Positions 38,721 to 47,404 are shown, counted from the stretch's first letter. The stretch: DNA of 49,521 nt from Verrucomicrobiota bacterium (GCA_038209745.1 JBBQXJ010000032.1:1-49521); one strand, 5' to 3'. Numbers and translations: made by a program. Notes: generated by a model from the letters alone, not told the origin.

Positions 38721-39881
38721 TTATTGCTTCGCGGGCGACGGATTGACCGGCGCGTTGGTGGCGTTGGATCCGCTGAAGCGGCCGGGGCCGCGACGACGCG
38801 GGGGATTCTTCACGTATTCGGCGACATCCAGCGCGGCCTTGGTCTCGATGCCTGGCTTCTGCAGGAAGCCGAGGTCGCGGAACCAGTCGACGAACCGGTC
38901 CTGCCAGGTGCCGAAGGGGATGCCGTTCCTGGTGGTCAGCCCGCCGCTCATGTGCGAGCCGTCGGGCAGGGCGTCGCCGGGATGGCGGCCATTGCCGTAG
39001 ATGTGCATCTCCACGTTCGGCACGCCGGCCTTCAGCATCGTCGAAAAGTAGTCGTCGGCCCAGAGGGCGTGGACGCGATCGCCCGCACCGGCGCAGGTGA
39101 TGAAGGCGGGCGGCGTGTTGGGCGGGACGGCGGTGTCGGGCTCGCGGGTGAACGGCGTCGGACCCGGATAGATGATGCCGACGAAATCCGGCCGGGAAGA
39201 GACGCCCGCCAAGGGATCGCCCGCGTCGCCGTGCGCCTTGTCGAAGTCCGCGAACTGGATGGCGGCGGGCGCGGCCAGTTCGGCTCCGGCGGAGAAGCCC
39301 ATGATGCCGATCTTGTCCGGATCGATCCGCCATTCCTTGGCGTGGGCCCGGACCACGCGGATCGCCTGGAGCGCGTCGTTCACCGCGTCGGTCTTCGGCT
39401 CGTAGCCGTCACGGCGGAGGCGGTTGCGGAGGATCACGGTGTTGACGCCGTAGTTGAAGAAGTAGGGGACGAAGTCCGCGCTCTCCGTGCCGACGTTCAG
39501 GGTGTTGTGCCCGCCGCCGGCCGCGAGGACGACACAGGCGCCGGTGTTCAGTCCGCCTTCCACCATGTGCACCTCGATCGAGGGATTGTGGATGTTGACG
39601 ATGCTGGAGATCCGGCCGGGCACCGCGCCGCTCATGTTGTATTTCTCGGCTTCGCGGAGCCGGTCGGCTTTCAACAAGGGCGAGTCCGGCGGAAACAAGG
39701 GCACGACGATGCCGCCCGGAAGAATCGCCCGGGGTGCATACGGCGCGTCGTTCGTGGGGCCCGGCTGCGGGATGGACTGCGGGACCCAGGTCAAAGGCCG
39801 GGGAGTCTGGGCCAACAACGGGAGGGCAAAGGCGATACTGAGGACCGCAGTGAGGCGGGTGGTGTTCAACGCGAGGTTCAT
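38721..39881 (-). CDS. Secreted alpha/beta hydrolase (carbohydrate esterase-like)
   Basis: AGGG, DALQAIRVVR, IGIMGFSAG, RPDF...YP, TPPAF. Confidence 0.88.
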   Translation of the reverse strand: MNLALNTTRLTAVLSIAFALPLLAQTPRPLTWVPQSIPQPGPTNDAPYAPRAILPGGIVVPLFPPDSPLLKADRLREAEKYNMSGAVPGRISSIVNIHNPSIEVHMVEGGLNTGACVVLAAGGGHNTLNVGTESADFVPYFFNYGVNTVILRNRLRRDGYEPKTDAVNDALQAIRVVRAHAKEWRIDPDKIGIMGFSAGAELAAPAAIQFADFDKAHGDAGDPLAGVSSRPDFVGIIYPGPTPFTREPDTAVPPNTPPAFITCAGAGDRVHALWADDYFSTMLKAGVPNVEMHIYGNGRHPGDALPDGSHMSGGLTTRNGIPFGTWQDRFVDWFRDLGFLQKPGIETKAALDVAEYVKNPPRRRGPGRFSGSNATNAPVNPSPAKQ

Positions 39882-39963
39882 GGTCGGACCGTTGGATTGA
39901 GTGGCTTTGGATCGGCTTGGAGTCCTCGTTTTGTAGCCGCGGCCGGACCTGAATCCAATCGCT

Positions 39964-40368
39964 TTAATTGATGGCGACCCAAAAGGACGAGAATGGATGG
40001 AGTGCGGAGCATCGCACCGCCAAGGCGCAGTTCGGGCCGGAAAGCGCCGACCCGCGCGGAAGCGGGTGCCACGCGGGCGATGGGTTCCTCGGGAGGGACA
40101 CGTGGATCAATTTCTCGATCTCCGCGACCGTCGAATTGCCGCAGCGCAGCCAGACGACTTTCGGCGGATGCCCTTTGAGCAGGGAAAGGTCGGAGAAATC
40201 CTTGTCGAGGATTACGATTGCGAAGCCGTTGGACTTGGCAAAATCCCAAATGACTATGTCGGCCGATCGGGCCAGGCGAAGAAGGCGGGTCTGGGAAGAA
40301 TCCGAAAACACATCCACTCACCGCCGAACCAGTTTGTGCCTCGGATTAGGGTCGAACAGCCGCTTCAT
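39964..40368 (-). pseudogene. DUF5615 (PIN-like) toxin pseudogene
   Basis: MKRLFDPNPRHKLVRR*VDVFSDS...D..IWDFAK..GFAIV.LDKDF...GHPPKVVWLRCGN; in-frame TGA at 40318-40320; homology ends near 40100. Confidence 0.85.
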
Positions 40369-40594
40369 GCGGCGTGAGCGCGATCATGGTGGGCTGCTCC
40401 CGGTCCGCTGCAAACGCCAGACAAGCCCGGATGTCCTGTTCGGCCAGGTCCGGATAGTCGTCGATGATCTCGGTCCAGCTCCTGCCGGACGCCACCCAGC
40501 CGAGCCCCTCGCCCACCGTGATCCGCAAGCCACGGACGTAGAGCTTTCCGCCCCGCTTGCCGGGTTCGAGGGTGATGAGGCTGCGGTAGTCCAT
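40346..40594 (-). CDS. DUF433 antitoxin (possibly decaying)
   Basis: ITLEPGKRGGK..VRGLRITV......ASG.S..EI..DYPDL...DIRACLAFAA. Confidence 0.85.
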   Translation of the reverse strand: MDYRSLITLEPGKRGGKLYVRGLRITVGEGLGWVASGRSWTEIIDDYPDLAEQDIRACLAFAADREQPTMIALTPHEAAVRP

Positions 40595-40681
40595 TGCCAT
40601 CCAGTGCGTGCAGCCTCCTTTGGTTGGAGACAAGTTGCGCCGTTCCAACGGATCAAGCTTCTAACCCAGCGGAGAATCAAC

Positions 40682-40774
40682 TTACGCCCGGCGTTCTTTC
40701 ACGGAAGCCAGAATGTCCGCCACCGCTTCGGAGCAGGGTTTCACGCCGGTGTTAAGTTTGCCGTGGAGGCGGAC
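40682..40774 (-). repeat. Diverged duplicate of the thrS 3' end (93 bp)
   Basis: 77/93 nt identical to 42330-42422 by hand alignment; encodes VRLHGKLNTGVKPCSEAVADILASVKERRA*. Confidence 0.92.
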
Positions 40775-40782
40775 AGGAAGGA

Positions 40783-42276
40783 TCAGCGCATGAAAAGCAG
40801 GGAGGAAAGAGGCAAGCTGATGATTCTAGGATCATCTGTCGCACGCTCTTCGTTCCGGGTTATCAAAAGACCGAACGGTGCCCGATACACCGGCTTCTCG
40901 ATGAAGGATTGCAGTCCGCGGACATCGTCCGGGGTGATTCGGCTCCGGTATTTCACCTCGATCGGGATGCGCTGGTCTCCGACGGTGACAACAAAATCCA
41001 CCTCGCGCTCCGCCGCCCGCTCCGGGAAATGGGCTACATCCAAGTGCGGGATCGATCCGAGGAAATAGCCGGTGACGCTTTCCGCGATGTGGCCGGCCAG
41101 ATCCGCGAGTTCGGGCTTTGCGGACAATTCTTCGGCAGTCAGCGGAACCTGCTCCTGGAGCCAAGCGGCTCGGAGGGCGTGATCGCAGAGGCAGACCTTG
41201 TTCGCGCCTTGTTTGCGTTTGAGACGGAGTTCCAGGGGCTTGATCAGCTTCAACAGCAGGGTTCCGTCCAGAAAGCGCAGATAGCTCAGAATCCTCGGCC
41301 AACCGATGTTGGCTCCCTGGGATCGACGCAGCTCGTCGAGATACAAGGCTTGTTTGGGCGCTTGACCCGCGTAGCGGCAGGCCAAACGGAAGACTTCCTC
41401 CAAGAGGGCTTCGTCGCGCTTCTGTCCTCTCGGACCCATCCTGAGATCGTGTTGGATCGCGCGGCGGATCACGGTTTCTTCCAATACATCCGCCACCCGT
41501 TCCCACGGTTCATCAGGGTTCGCCTGGGCCACGGGATAGGCTCCGCGTTCCGAGAAGGCGGCGAAGGCCCGGAGCCTCGCCTTCGAGTGTTTTTCTCCGA
41601 ACTCCCGCAAGCCTTCCCAGAAAGTCTTTTCCTTTAGCGGGCTGAGTCCGTTGAACGGCAGGTAGGGTGAAATGCCTCGTGCTCCGCGGAATTCGGCGAT
41701 TTCGCGCAACAGAAGCGGGCCGAGTTCCACCGTGAACAGCCGTCCCGCCAGACTGTCATGTCCCGCTTGAATGCGAAGCGCAGAGCTGCCGGTGACCAGT
41801 GCCCGGACCTTGCCGATGTCCAGCACATGCTTCAACTGGGGAGCCCAGTCGGCCAGGTTCTGGATCTCGTCCAGGATGAAGAACGGTGTCTCGCCGTCGG
41901 CGACGGCGCGGGCGTAGCTCTTCCCGAGGATCTGGTCGCAATACCATTGGCCCAGCTCGATGATCGGCGAGGAAAGTCGCTTCAGCTCAGGCAAGTCGTC
42001 GAACTGGACGCGGAATATCCTCTTGGCCGAGATTCCGTCATCCATCAGGGAATGGATGACTTGGGCCAGCAGCGTGGATTTTCCAACCTGCCTGGGGCCT
42101 CGGAGAACGACCGCCGGTGACAGGTTGCTCCTCAGTCCGTTCAAGATCGGTTGGTAGGCCCAGCGCCGGATGGGAGCCAGATTGGGAATCGGGTCGCCCT
42201 GCCACCAAGGGTTCATGTCGCGCAAGGTGCGCTCAAGTCCCCTGTTGAGGAGTTTGATCAACTCGATCTGCGACAT
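40783..42276 (-). CDS. AAA_14 ATPase with DUF4143 / PD-(D/E)XK C-terminus
   Basis: GPRQVGKST, LDEIQ, TGSS, SLAGR, EVDFV....PIEVK. Confidence 0.9.
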   Translation of the reverse strand: MSQIELIKLLNRGLERTLRDMNPWWQGDPIPNLAPIRRWAYQPILNGLRSNLSPAVVLRGPRQVGKSTLLAQVIHSLMDDGISAKRIFRVQFDDLPELKRLSSPIIELGQWYCDQILGKSYARAVADGETPFFILDEIQNLADWAPQLKHVLDIGKVRALVTGSSALRIQAGHDSLAGRLFTVELGPLLLREIAEFRGARGISPYLPFNGLSPLKEKTFWEGLREFGEKHSKARLRAFAAFSERGAYPVAQANPDEPWERVADVLEETVIRRAIQHDLRMGPRGQKRDEALLEEVFRLACRYAGQAPKQALYLDELRRSQGANIGWPRILSYLRFLDGTLLLKLIKPLELRLKRKQGANKVCLCDHALRAAWLQEQVPLTAEELSAKPELADLAGHIAESVTGYFLGSIPHLDVAHFPERAAEREVDFVVTVGDQRIPIEVKYRSRITPDDVRGLQSFIEKPVYRAPFGLLITRNEERATDDPRIISLPLSSLLFMR

Positions 42277-42329
42277 GAAGATACTGTTGTTCGGCGGGGC
42301 CAGGATAGCGAACCAAGAGTAGGTGTGCC

Positions 42330-44498
42330 TTACGCCCTCCGCTCCTTGATCGAGGCCAGGATGTCCGGCACCGCTTCGGAGCAGGGTTTCACGCCCACGT
42401 TGCCTTTGCCGTGGAGGCGGACGGCGACGGAGTCGTTCTCCAGCTCGCGGGCGCCGAGGACGAGCATGGTGTGGACGCGCGCCTTCTCGGCGTCGGCGAT
42501 CTTGGCCTTGATGGGGTCGTTGCCGTAGTCGCCTTCGGCGCGGACCTGGTGCTGGCGCAGCTCGGCGACCAATCCCTTGGCGTGGCCGACGAGGCGTTCG
42601 TCGTCGCCGATGGTGACGACGCGGACCTGCTCGGGCGCGAGCCAGAGGGGGAAGTTGCCGGCGTAGTGCTCGATGAGGAACCCGATGAAGCGCTCGTGCG
42701 TGCCGAGGGGCGCGCGGTGGATGCAGAGCGGGGTCTTGTCGGTGTTGTCCTTGTCGCGGTAGGTCAGGCCGAACTTGGCGGGCACGGCGAAGTCCACCTG
42801 GTTCGTCGCGATGGTGAATTCCTTGCCGATGGCGCTCCAGACCTGGACGTCGATCTTGGGACCGTAGAAGGCGGCTTCGTTGGCCACTTCCACGAAGTTG
42901 ATGCCGGAGTCGACGAGGACCTGGCGGACCATGTCCTCGGTCTTCTTCCAGAGCTCGGGTTCGTTGACGAACTTCTGGCCGAGCTTGGCGGGGTCGTGGG
43001 TGCTGAAACGCATCTGGTATTGGCCGAGGCCGAAGACCTGGAAATATTTCAGATACATCTCGTTCACGGCGCGGAACTCGGCGGCGAACTGTTCCTCGGT
43101 GCAGTAGATGTGGGCGTCGTTCATCTGCATGGAACGGACGCGCATGAGGCCCATGAGTTCGCCGGACTGTTCGTAGCGGTAGCAGGTGCCGTATTCGGCG
43201 AGGCGCAGGGGAAGGTCGCGGTAACTGTGGGGCTCCGCCGCGAAGATGCGGTGGTGGTGCGGACAGTTCATGGCCTTGAGGTAGTAGGTTTCTCGAGCGG
43301 GAAACTTGCTAAGTTTTGCACAAGTCTCATCGAACTCCTTAATCAAAGCGGCTGTGGAAGAATCCAGTTTTCCAGCCTTCCTCAGAGCCGTCATCTTTTT
43401 GAACAAGAAGTTCTCCTCTTCGTTCCATTGTCTCATGTCCTCTTCGATTGCTTCCATCTCATCTAAGTCGCCGTCGGTTTTTCCGGGGACTGGTGAAATC
43501 GGAATCTCGAAACCTGAAGCAATTGTTTTGGCTGCGGCCAGAACTGAGCCCCTGAGGTCGATCATCCTGTCCAAGAGCTGTTCGCGTTTCTGAATCAACT
43601 CTGGCTGCCCCTGTAACTCGTCCATTTCCATCGACGGAAACATCGACTCCGCGTAATACGGCAGATGTCCGGAGGTCTTATACATCTTCTCCCGCGCGAG
43701 GTGCGGGGTGCGGACGCGGACGTAGCCGGCGGCGAATTCGGTTTCCTTGGCCAGCTTTTCCAGTTCTTCGATGAGCACGGTGCCTTTGGGCAGCCAGAGA
43801 GGGAGACCTTTGCCGACGTATATCGGATCCATGGCGAAGAGGCCCATTTCTTTGCCGATCTTGCGGTGGTCGCGGCGTTTGGCCTCCTCCACCATCGTGA
43901 AGTAGGCCTCCATCTCGGTCTTGTTCTTAAAGGCGGTGCCGTAGATGCGCTGGAGCTGGGGGTTCTTCTCGTCGCCCTTGTAGTAGGCACTGGCCACCTG
44001 GGTGAGCTTGAAGGCGCCGATGTTGCCGGTGCGCATGACGTGCGGCCCGGCACAGAGGTCGATGAAGTCGCCGTTCTTGTAGTAGGAGATGGCTTCGCCC
44101 TCGGGGATGCTCTGGAGGAGGTCGAGCTTGAACTTGCTCGGGACTTCGCGGTCGGCCAAGGCACCGAGACGGCCCTTGTTGGCGTCTTCCAAGGCCTGCT
44201 CGCGGGTGACGGTGAGCTTCTCGAAGACGTGGTTGGCCTTGGTTTCCTTCTTCATCTCGGCCTCGATCTTCTCGAAGTCGTCGGGGGAGATGCGGTGGGA
44301 GAGTTCGACGTCGTAGTAGAAGCCGCTTTCGACCGGGGGGCCGTAGGCGAACTGGGCGTCGGGCCAGAGGCGGAGGATGGCGGTGGCGAGGACGTGGGCG
44401 CAGGAGTGCCGGAGGCGCTCCAGGTCGGTCATCTTGGCGCGGTCGTCGAGGGTCTTGCGCTCGGGGTTCGGCTGCGGTGCAGGCTGTTCTTGCGACAT
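42330..44498 (-). CDS. thrS: Threonine--tRNA ligase with ~110-aa insertion
   Basis: LRHSCAH, DLCAGPH, RDHRKIG, KAMNCPHH, YRYEQSG, AAFYGPKID, HRAPLGTHERF, FPLWLAP. Confidence 0.97.
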   Translation of the reverse strand: MSQEQPAPQPNPERKTLDDRAKMTDLERLRHSCAHVLATAILRLWPDAQFAYGPPVESGFYYDVELSHRISPDDFEKIEAEMKKETKANHVFEKLTVTREQALEDANKGRLGALADREVPSKFKLDLLQSIPEGEAISYYKNGDFIDLCAGPHVMRTGNIGAFKLTQVASAYYKGDEKNPQLQRIYGTAFKNKTEMEAYFTMVEEAKRRDHRKIGKEMGLFAMDPIYVGKGLPLWLPKGTVLIEELEKLAKETEFAAGYVRVRTPHLAREKMYKTSGHLPYYAESMFPSMEMDELQGQPELIQKREQLLDRMIDLRGSVLAAAKTIASGFEIPISPVPGKTDGDLDEMEAIEEDMRQWNEEENFLFKKMTALRKAGKLDSSTAALIKEFDETCAKLSKFPARETYYLKAMNCPHHHRIFAAEPHSYRDLPLRLAEYGTCYRYEQSGELMGLMRVRSMQMNDAHIYCTEEQFAAEFRAVNEMYLKYFQVFGLGQYQMRFSTHDPAKLGQKFVNEPELWKKTEDMVRQVLVDSGINFVEVANEAAFYGPKIDVQVWSAIGKEFTIATNQVDFAVPAKFGLTYRDKDNTDKTPLCIHRAPLGTHERFIGFLIEHYAGNFPLWLAPEQVRVVTIGDDERLVGHAKGLVAELRQHQVRAEGDYGNDPIKAKIADAEKARVHTMLVLGARELENDSVAVRLHGKGNVGVKPCSEAVPDILASIKERRA

Positions 44499-44510
44499 GG
44501 AGGGAGGGTT

Positions 44511-44648
44511 AACCACAGATGGACACAGATGAACACAGATGTTTGGCGGCATCGCCGCCGACGAAGCGGAACGGTGCCGAGGCTCGACGGGAGCTGCTGC
44601 GCGCGGGAGTCATTCCGGATCTGTGTCCGTCTGTGTCCATCTGTGGTT
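44511..44648. repeat. 138-bp palindromic element, copy 1
   Basis: 30-nt arms AACCACAGATGGACACAGATGAACACAGAT ... ATCTGTGTCCGTCTGTGTCCATCTGTGGTT (2 mismatches); 134/138 identical to copy 2. Confidence 0.97.
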
Positions 44649-44661
44649 TCAGTTCAGGAGG

Positions 44662-45084
44662 TCAGAGCTGGATGCGTTCGTATTGAAGGCGGGCGTGGCG
44701 GAAATTGAGGATCAGGCCGACGCGGAGTCCGGAGATGCGGAGGTAGTTCAGCATCTGGCCGCGTTCGTGGTCGCCGATGTGGTCGATGACCTTGGTGTCG
44801 GTGATGACTTGGCAGAAGACGATCAGGTCGGGAATGAAGAGGCCGACCGGCTGCGACTTGTAGAGCACTTCGAAGCGGCGCTGCTGGTCGTAGGCGATGC
44901 CGCGCAGGCGGAACTCCACGGTGAGCGCGTTCTCGTAGATCTTTTCGTCGAGGCCGTGCCCCAGCGCGTTGAGGACATCGAAGGCGCAGCCGATGATCGC
45001 GTGGGTTTCGTCCTTCAACAGTGTTCGCACAGATCCGGTCCGGAGATCCGGTGCTTCTGATCTGCTGGGTTCATCTGGATGCAT
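44662..45084 (-). CDS. GxxExxY protein (PD-(D/E)XK nuclease fold)
   Basis: IIGCAFDV...LGHGLDEKIYENAL..E, PDLIV...VITDTK, Q.LNYLR.SG..VGLILNF. Confidence 0.93.
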   Translation of the reverse strand: MHPDEPSRSEAPDLRTGSVRTLLKDETHAIIGCAFDVLNALGHGLDEKIYENALTVEFRLRGIAYDQQRRFEVLYKSQPVGLFIPDLIVFCQVITDTKVIDHIGDHERGQMLNYLRISGLRVGLILNFRHARLQYERIQL

Positions 45085-45104
45085 CCAAAAGAGGGGAAGG
45101 GGTT

Positions 45105-45242
45105 AACCACAGATGGACACAGATGAACACAGATGTTTGGCGGCATCGCCGCCGACGAAGCGGAACGGTGCCGAGGCTCGACGGGAGCTGCTGCGCGCGG
45201 GAGTCAGTCCTGATCTGTGTTCATCTGTGTCCATCTGTGGTT
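45105..45242. repeat. 138-bp palindromic element, copy 2
   Basis: Perfect 30-nt inverted arms (45105-45134 / 45213-45242); direct repeat of copy 1 at 594-bp offset. Confidence 0.97.
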
Positions 45243-45264
45243 GAAGAGCAAAACGCTCCTGACT

Positions 45265-47292
45265 CTACCAGATGGATTTGAGGTCCCAGAAATCGAGCCG
45301 GCCGACCTTGAGGTTGGGCGAATTGATGGCTTCGATCTCCACGGGGCGGGAGCCGGGCGCGGGCAGGATCAGGTCGGTGAAGACGACTTCGCCGTCGTTG
45401 GCGAAGACTTCGATGGAGGAAGTGTCGAGCAACACTCGGAGCTTTAAGCGCCCCCCTTTCTGCAAGGCGAGCGGCGCGGAGTGGACGGCGGCGAACCCGG
45501 AATGAAAATTCGAGCGGCCGGAGCGGGTGCGATCGAGGCTGAGCCGTTCAGTGGCGGCGTCGTAGCGGAGGACGGTCGATTCGATGGGGCCGGTGATCAG
45601 GCGGATCGTGATCTCGCTGTTCGGAGAAACGTCGACGAGGGAGACGTTCATCTCCAGCGGGGCGGTGGGGAGGGCGAGCATCTTGAGCCAGTCTTGGGCG
45701 TCGACGAAGAGGGCGCCGGTCAGGAGGCGATGGTTTTCCATGAGCCTGGTGAGTTCACGGATGGGCTGCTGGTAGAGGCGCAGTCCGGCGGGCGTGGTGC
45801 GGAGGCTCAGTTCCCGCGGGACGGACATGGCGCAGCGCCACGGATCGGTGGGGACGCTGCCGGCGTATTGGGGACTGCTCATCCAGCCGAGAAAGATGCG
45901 GCGGCCGTCGGACTTGGGAATGTCGCCATAGGTGACCGCGGCGTAGAAGTCGGCGCCGTAGTCGGTCCAAAGCGAGGGCTTGGTGGCGGGCCGGGCCGGG
46001 GTGTCGGCGAGGAGGATGTGGTCGACGTTGAGATGGCCCCAACTGCCGGTGTGGCGGTCGACGATCTGAAGCTGGGCCTTCTTGCCGCGCAGTTCGCGGA
46101 CGTCCCACGACTTCCACGAGAGCCGTTCAGCGTCGTCGCCGGTGGCGGTGCGAACGACGGCGCCGCCGACCAGGAGATTGAGGGCGCATTCGCCGGGATG
46201 ATGGCCACCGCCGATGAGGAAGCTGAGGTAGTCCTTGGACACGTCGAACTCGGGCGACGTCAGCGTGCCCTGCGAGGGGTCGCCGCCGTGGTAGGAATTC
46301 ACATAGCCCTGTCCGCGAAAGCCGGCGACTGCCTGCTGGTTCGCCAGGGTTCCGGTGGCCGGAGCGGCTCCGAAAGCGTCGCCGGTGGCCTTCCACTCGC
46401 CATAGGTGCCGCCCTCGAAATCGGCGAGAACGACGCCGTCGGGCACTTGCTCCGGCTGTGGTTTTGGGTAGGTCGGATCGAGGGTGAAGGTGGTTCCGTC
46501 GAAGTCGCCGACGAAGTATTGGCAGCCGGGGCCGCCGGCCGGGCTGCCGCCGCTGATGTTCACGACGAGGACCCATTTCGTCTGGTCCGCTTTTCCGTCG
46601 ACGCGGAGGGGAAAGAGGTCGGGACATTCCCAGGCGCCGTCGGTCGAGCCGGCGGGGCCGAAGTCGCTGAGGTGCGTCCAGGTCTTGAGATCGGGCGAGC
46701 TGTAGAAGCGGGCCTGGTGGTGGTTGCACCAGGCGACGGTCATGATCCAGCGGCCGGTGGCTTCGTGCCAGAAGACCTTCGGATCGCGGAAGTCCGCCTC
46801 GCCGATATCGAGCACGGGGTTGCCGGAGAACTTGGTCCAGGTGCGGCCGCGGTCGTTGCTGTAGGCGATGCTCTGTTCCTGGAGCGGCTTGTCGGTGTGG
46901 TGGCCAGTGTAGATGGCGACGAGCGGCGGTTTGCCGCCGACTCCGAAGCCGCTGGTGTTCTTCCAGTCCACCACGGCGCTGCCGGAGAAGATCATCACGT
47001 TGTTCTCTTCGCGGAGGGCGATGGCGAGCGGTTCCCAGTGGACGAGGTCGCGGCTGACGGAGTGGCCCCAGCTCATGTGGCCCCATTTGTCGCCCTCGGG
47101 ATTGAACTGGTAGAAGAGGTGGTATTCGCCCTCGTAGAAGACGAGGCCGTTCGGGTCGTTCATCCAGTTCTGCGCCGGCGTGAAGTGGAACTGCGGGCGC
47201 CACGTTTCCTGGTAGAGAGGCGCGGCGGAGATCGACGGGACAGCGAAGGCCAGGGCGGCGAGGAAGAGGAGGAGTTTGCGCGGGACGTTCAT
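45265..47292 (-). CDS. Secreted GH32 beta-fructosidase/levanase
   Basis: WMNDPNG, WGH, FSGSAV, FRDP, WECP; signal peptide; inserted beta domain. Confidence 0.93.
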   Translation of the reverse strand: MNVPRKLLLFLAALAFAVPSISAAPLYQETWRPQFHFTPAQNWMNDPNGLVFYEGEYHLFYQFNPEGDKWGHMSWGHSVSRDLVHWEPLAIALREENNVMIFSGSAVVDWKNTSGFGVGGKPPLVAIYTGHHTDKPLQEQSIAYSNDRGRTWTKFSGNPVLDIGEADFRDPKVFWHEATGRWIMTVAWCNHHQARFYSSPDLKTWTHLSDFGPAGSTDGAWECPDLFPLRVDGKADQTKWVLVVNISGGSPAGGPGCQYFVGDFDGTTFTLDPTYPKPQPEQVPDGVVLADFEGGTYGEWKATGDAFGAAPATGTLANQQAVAGFRGQGYVNSYHGGDPSQGTLTSPEFDVSKDYLSFLIGGGHHPGECALNLLVGGAVVRTATGDDAERLSWKSWDVRELRGKKAQLQIVDRHTGSWGHLNVDHILLADTPARPATKPSLWTDYGADFYAAVTYGDIPKSDGRRIFLGWMSSPQYAGSVPTDPWRCAMSVPRELSLRTTPAGLRLYQQPIRELTRLMENHRLLTGALFVDAQDWLKMLALPTAPLEMNVSLVDVSPNSEITIRLITGPIESTVLRYDAATERLSLDRTRSGRSNFHSGFAAVHSAPLALQKGGRLKLRVLLDTSSIEVFANDGEVVFTDLILPAPGSRPVEIEAINSPNLKVGRLDFWDLKSIW

Positions 47293-47334
47293 GAAATTAG
47301 GGGCGAGAGGGCGGCTCACGGCCACGAAATTTTT

Positions 47335-47363
47335 ACCACAGGCGGACAGCGATGAACATAGAT
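47335..47363 (+). repeat. Degenerate half-copy of the 138-bp element arm
   Basis: ACCACAGGCGGACAGCGATGAACATAGAT versus ACCACAGATGGACACAGATGAACACAGAT, 24/29 identical. Confidence 0.7.
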
Positions 47364-47404
47364 CGTGGAAATCACTTCGCTCGGCGGCGAACTCCGGTTC
47401 GGCG

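Noticed and set aside
43288..43622. Intein or intron in thrS
   Set aside because: No N-terminal Cys/Ser block, no His-Asn end, no homing-endonuclease motif; the frame is open and no intron structure is evident
44499..44660. T-box riboswitch or tRNA-mimic operator upstream of thrS
   Set aside because: No T-box consensus (GGTGG.ACC) visible, and the same element recurs upstream of GxxExxY, so it is not thrS-specific
44511..45242. CRISPR array
   Set aside because: Only two long palindromic copies enclosing a gene; no repeat-spacer periodicity and no cas genes
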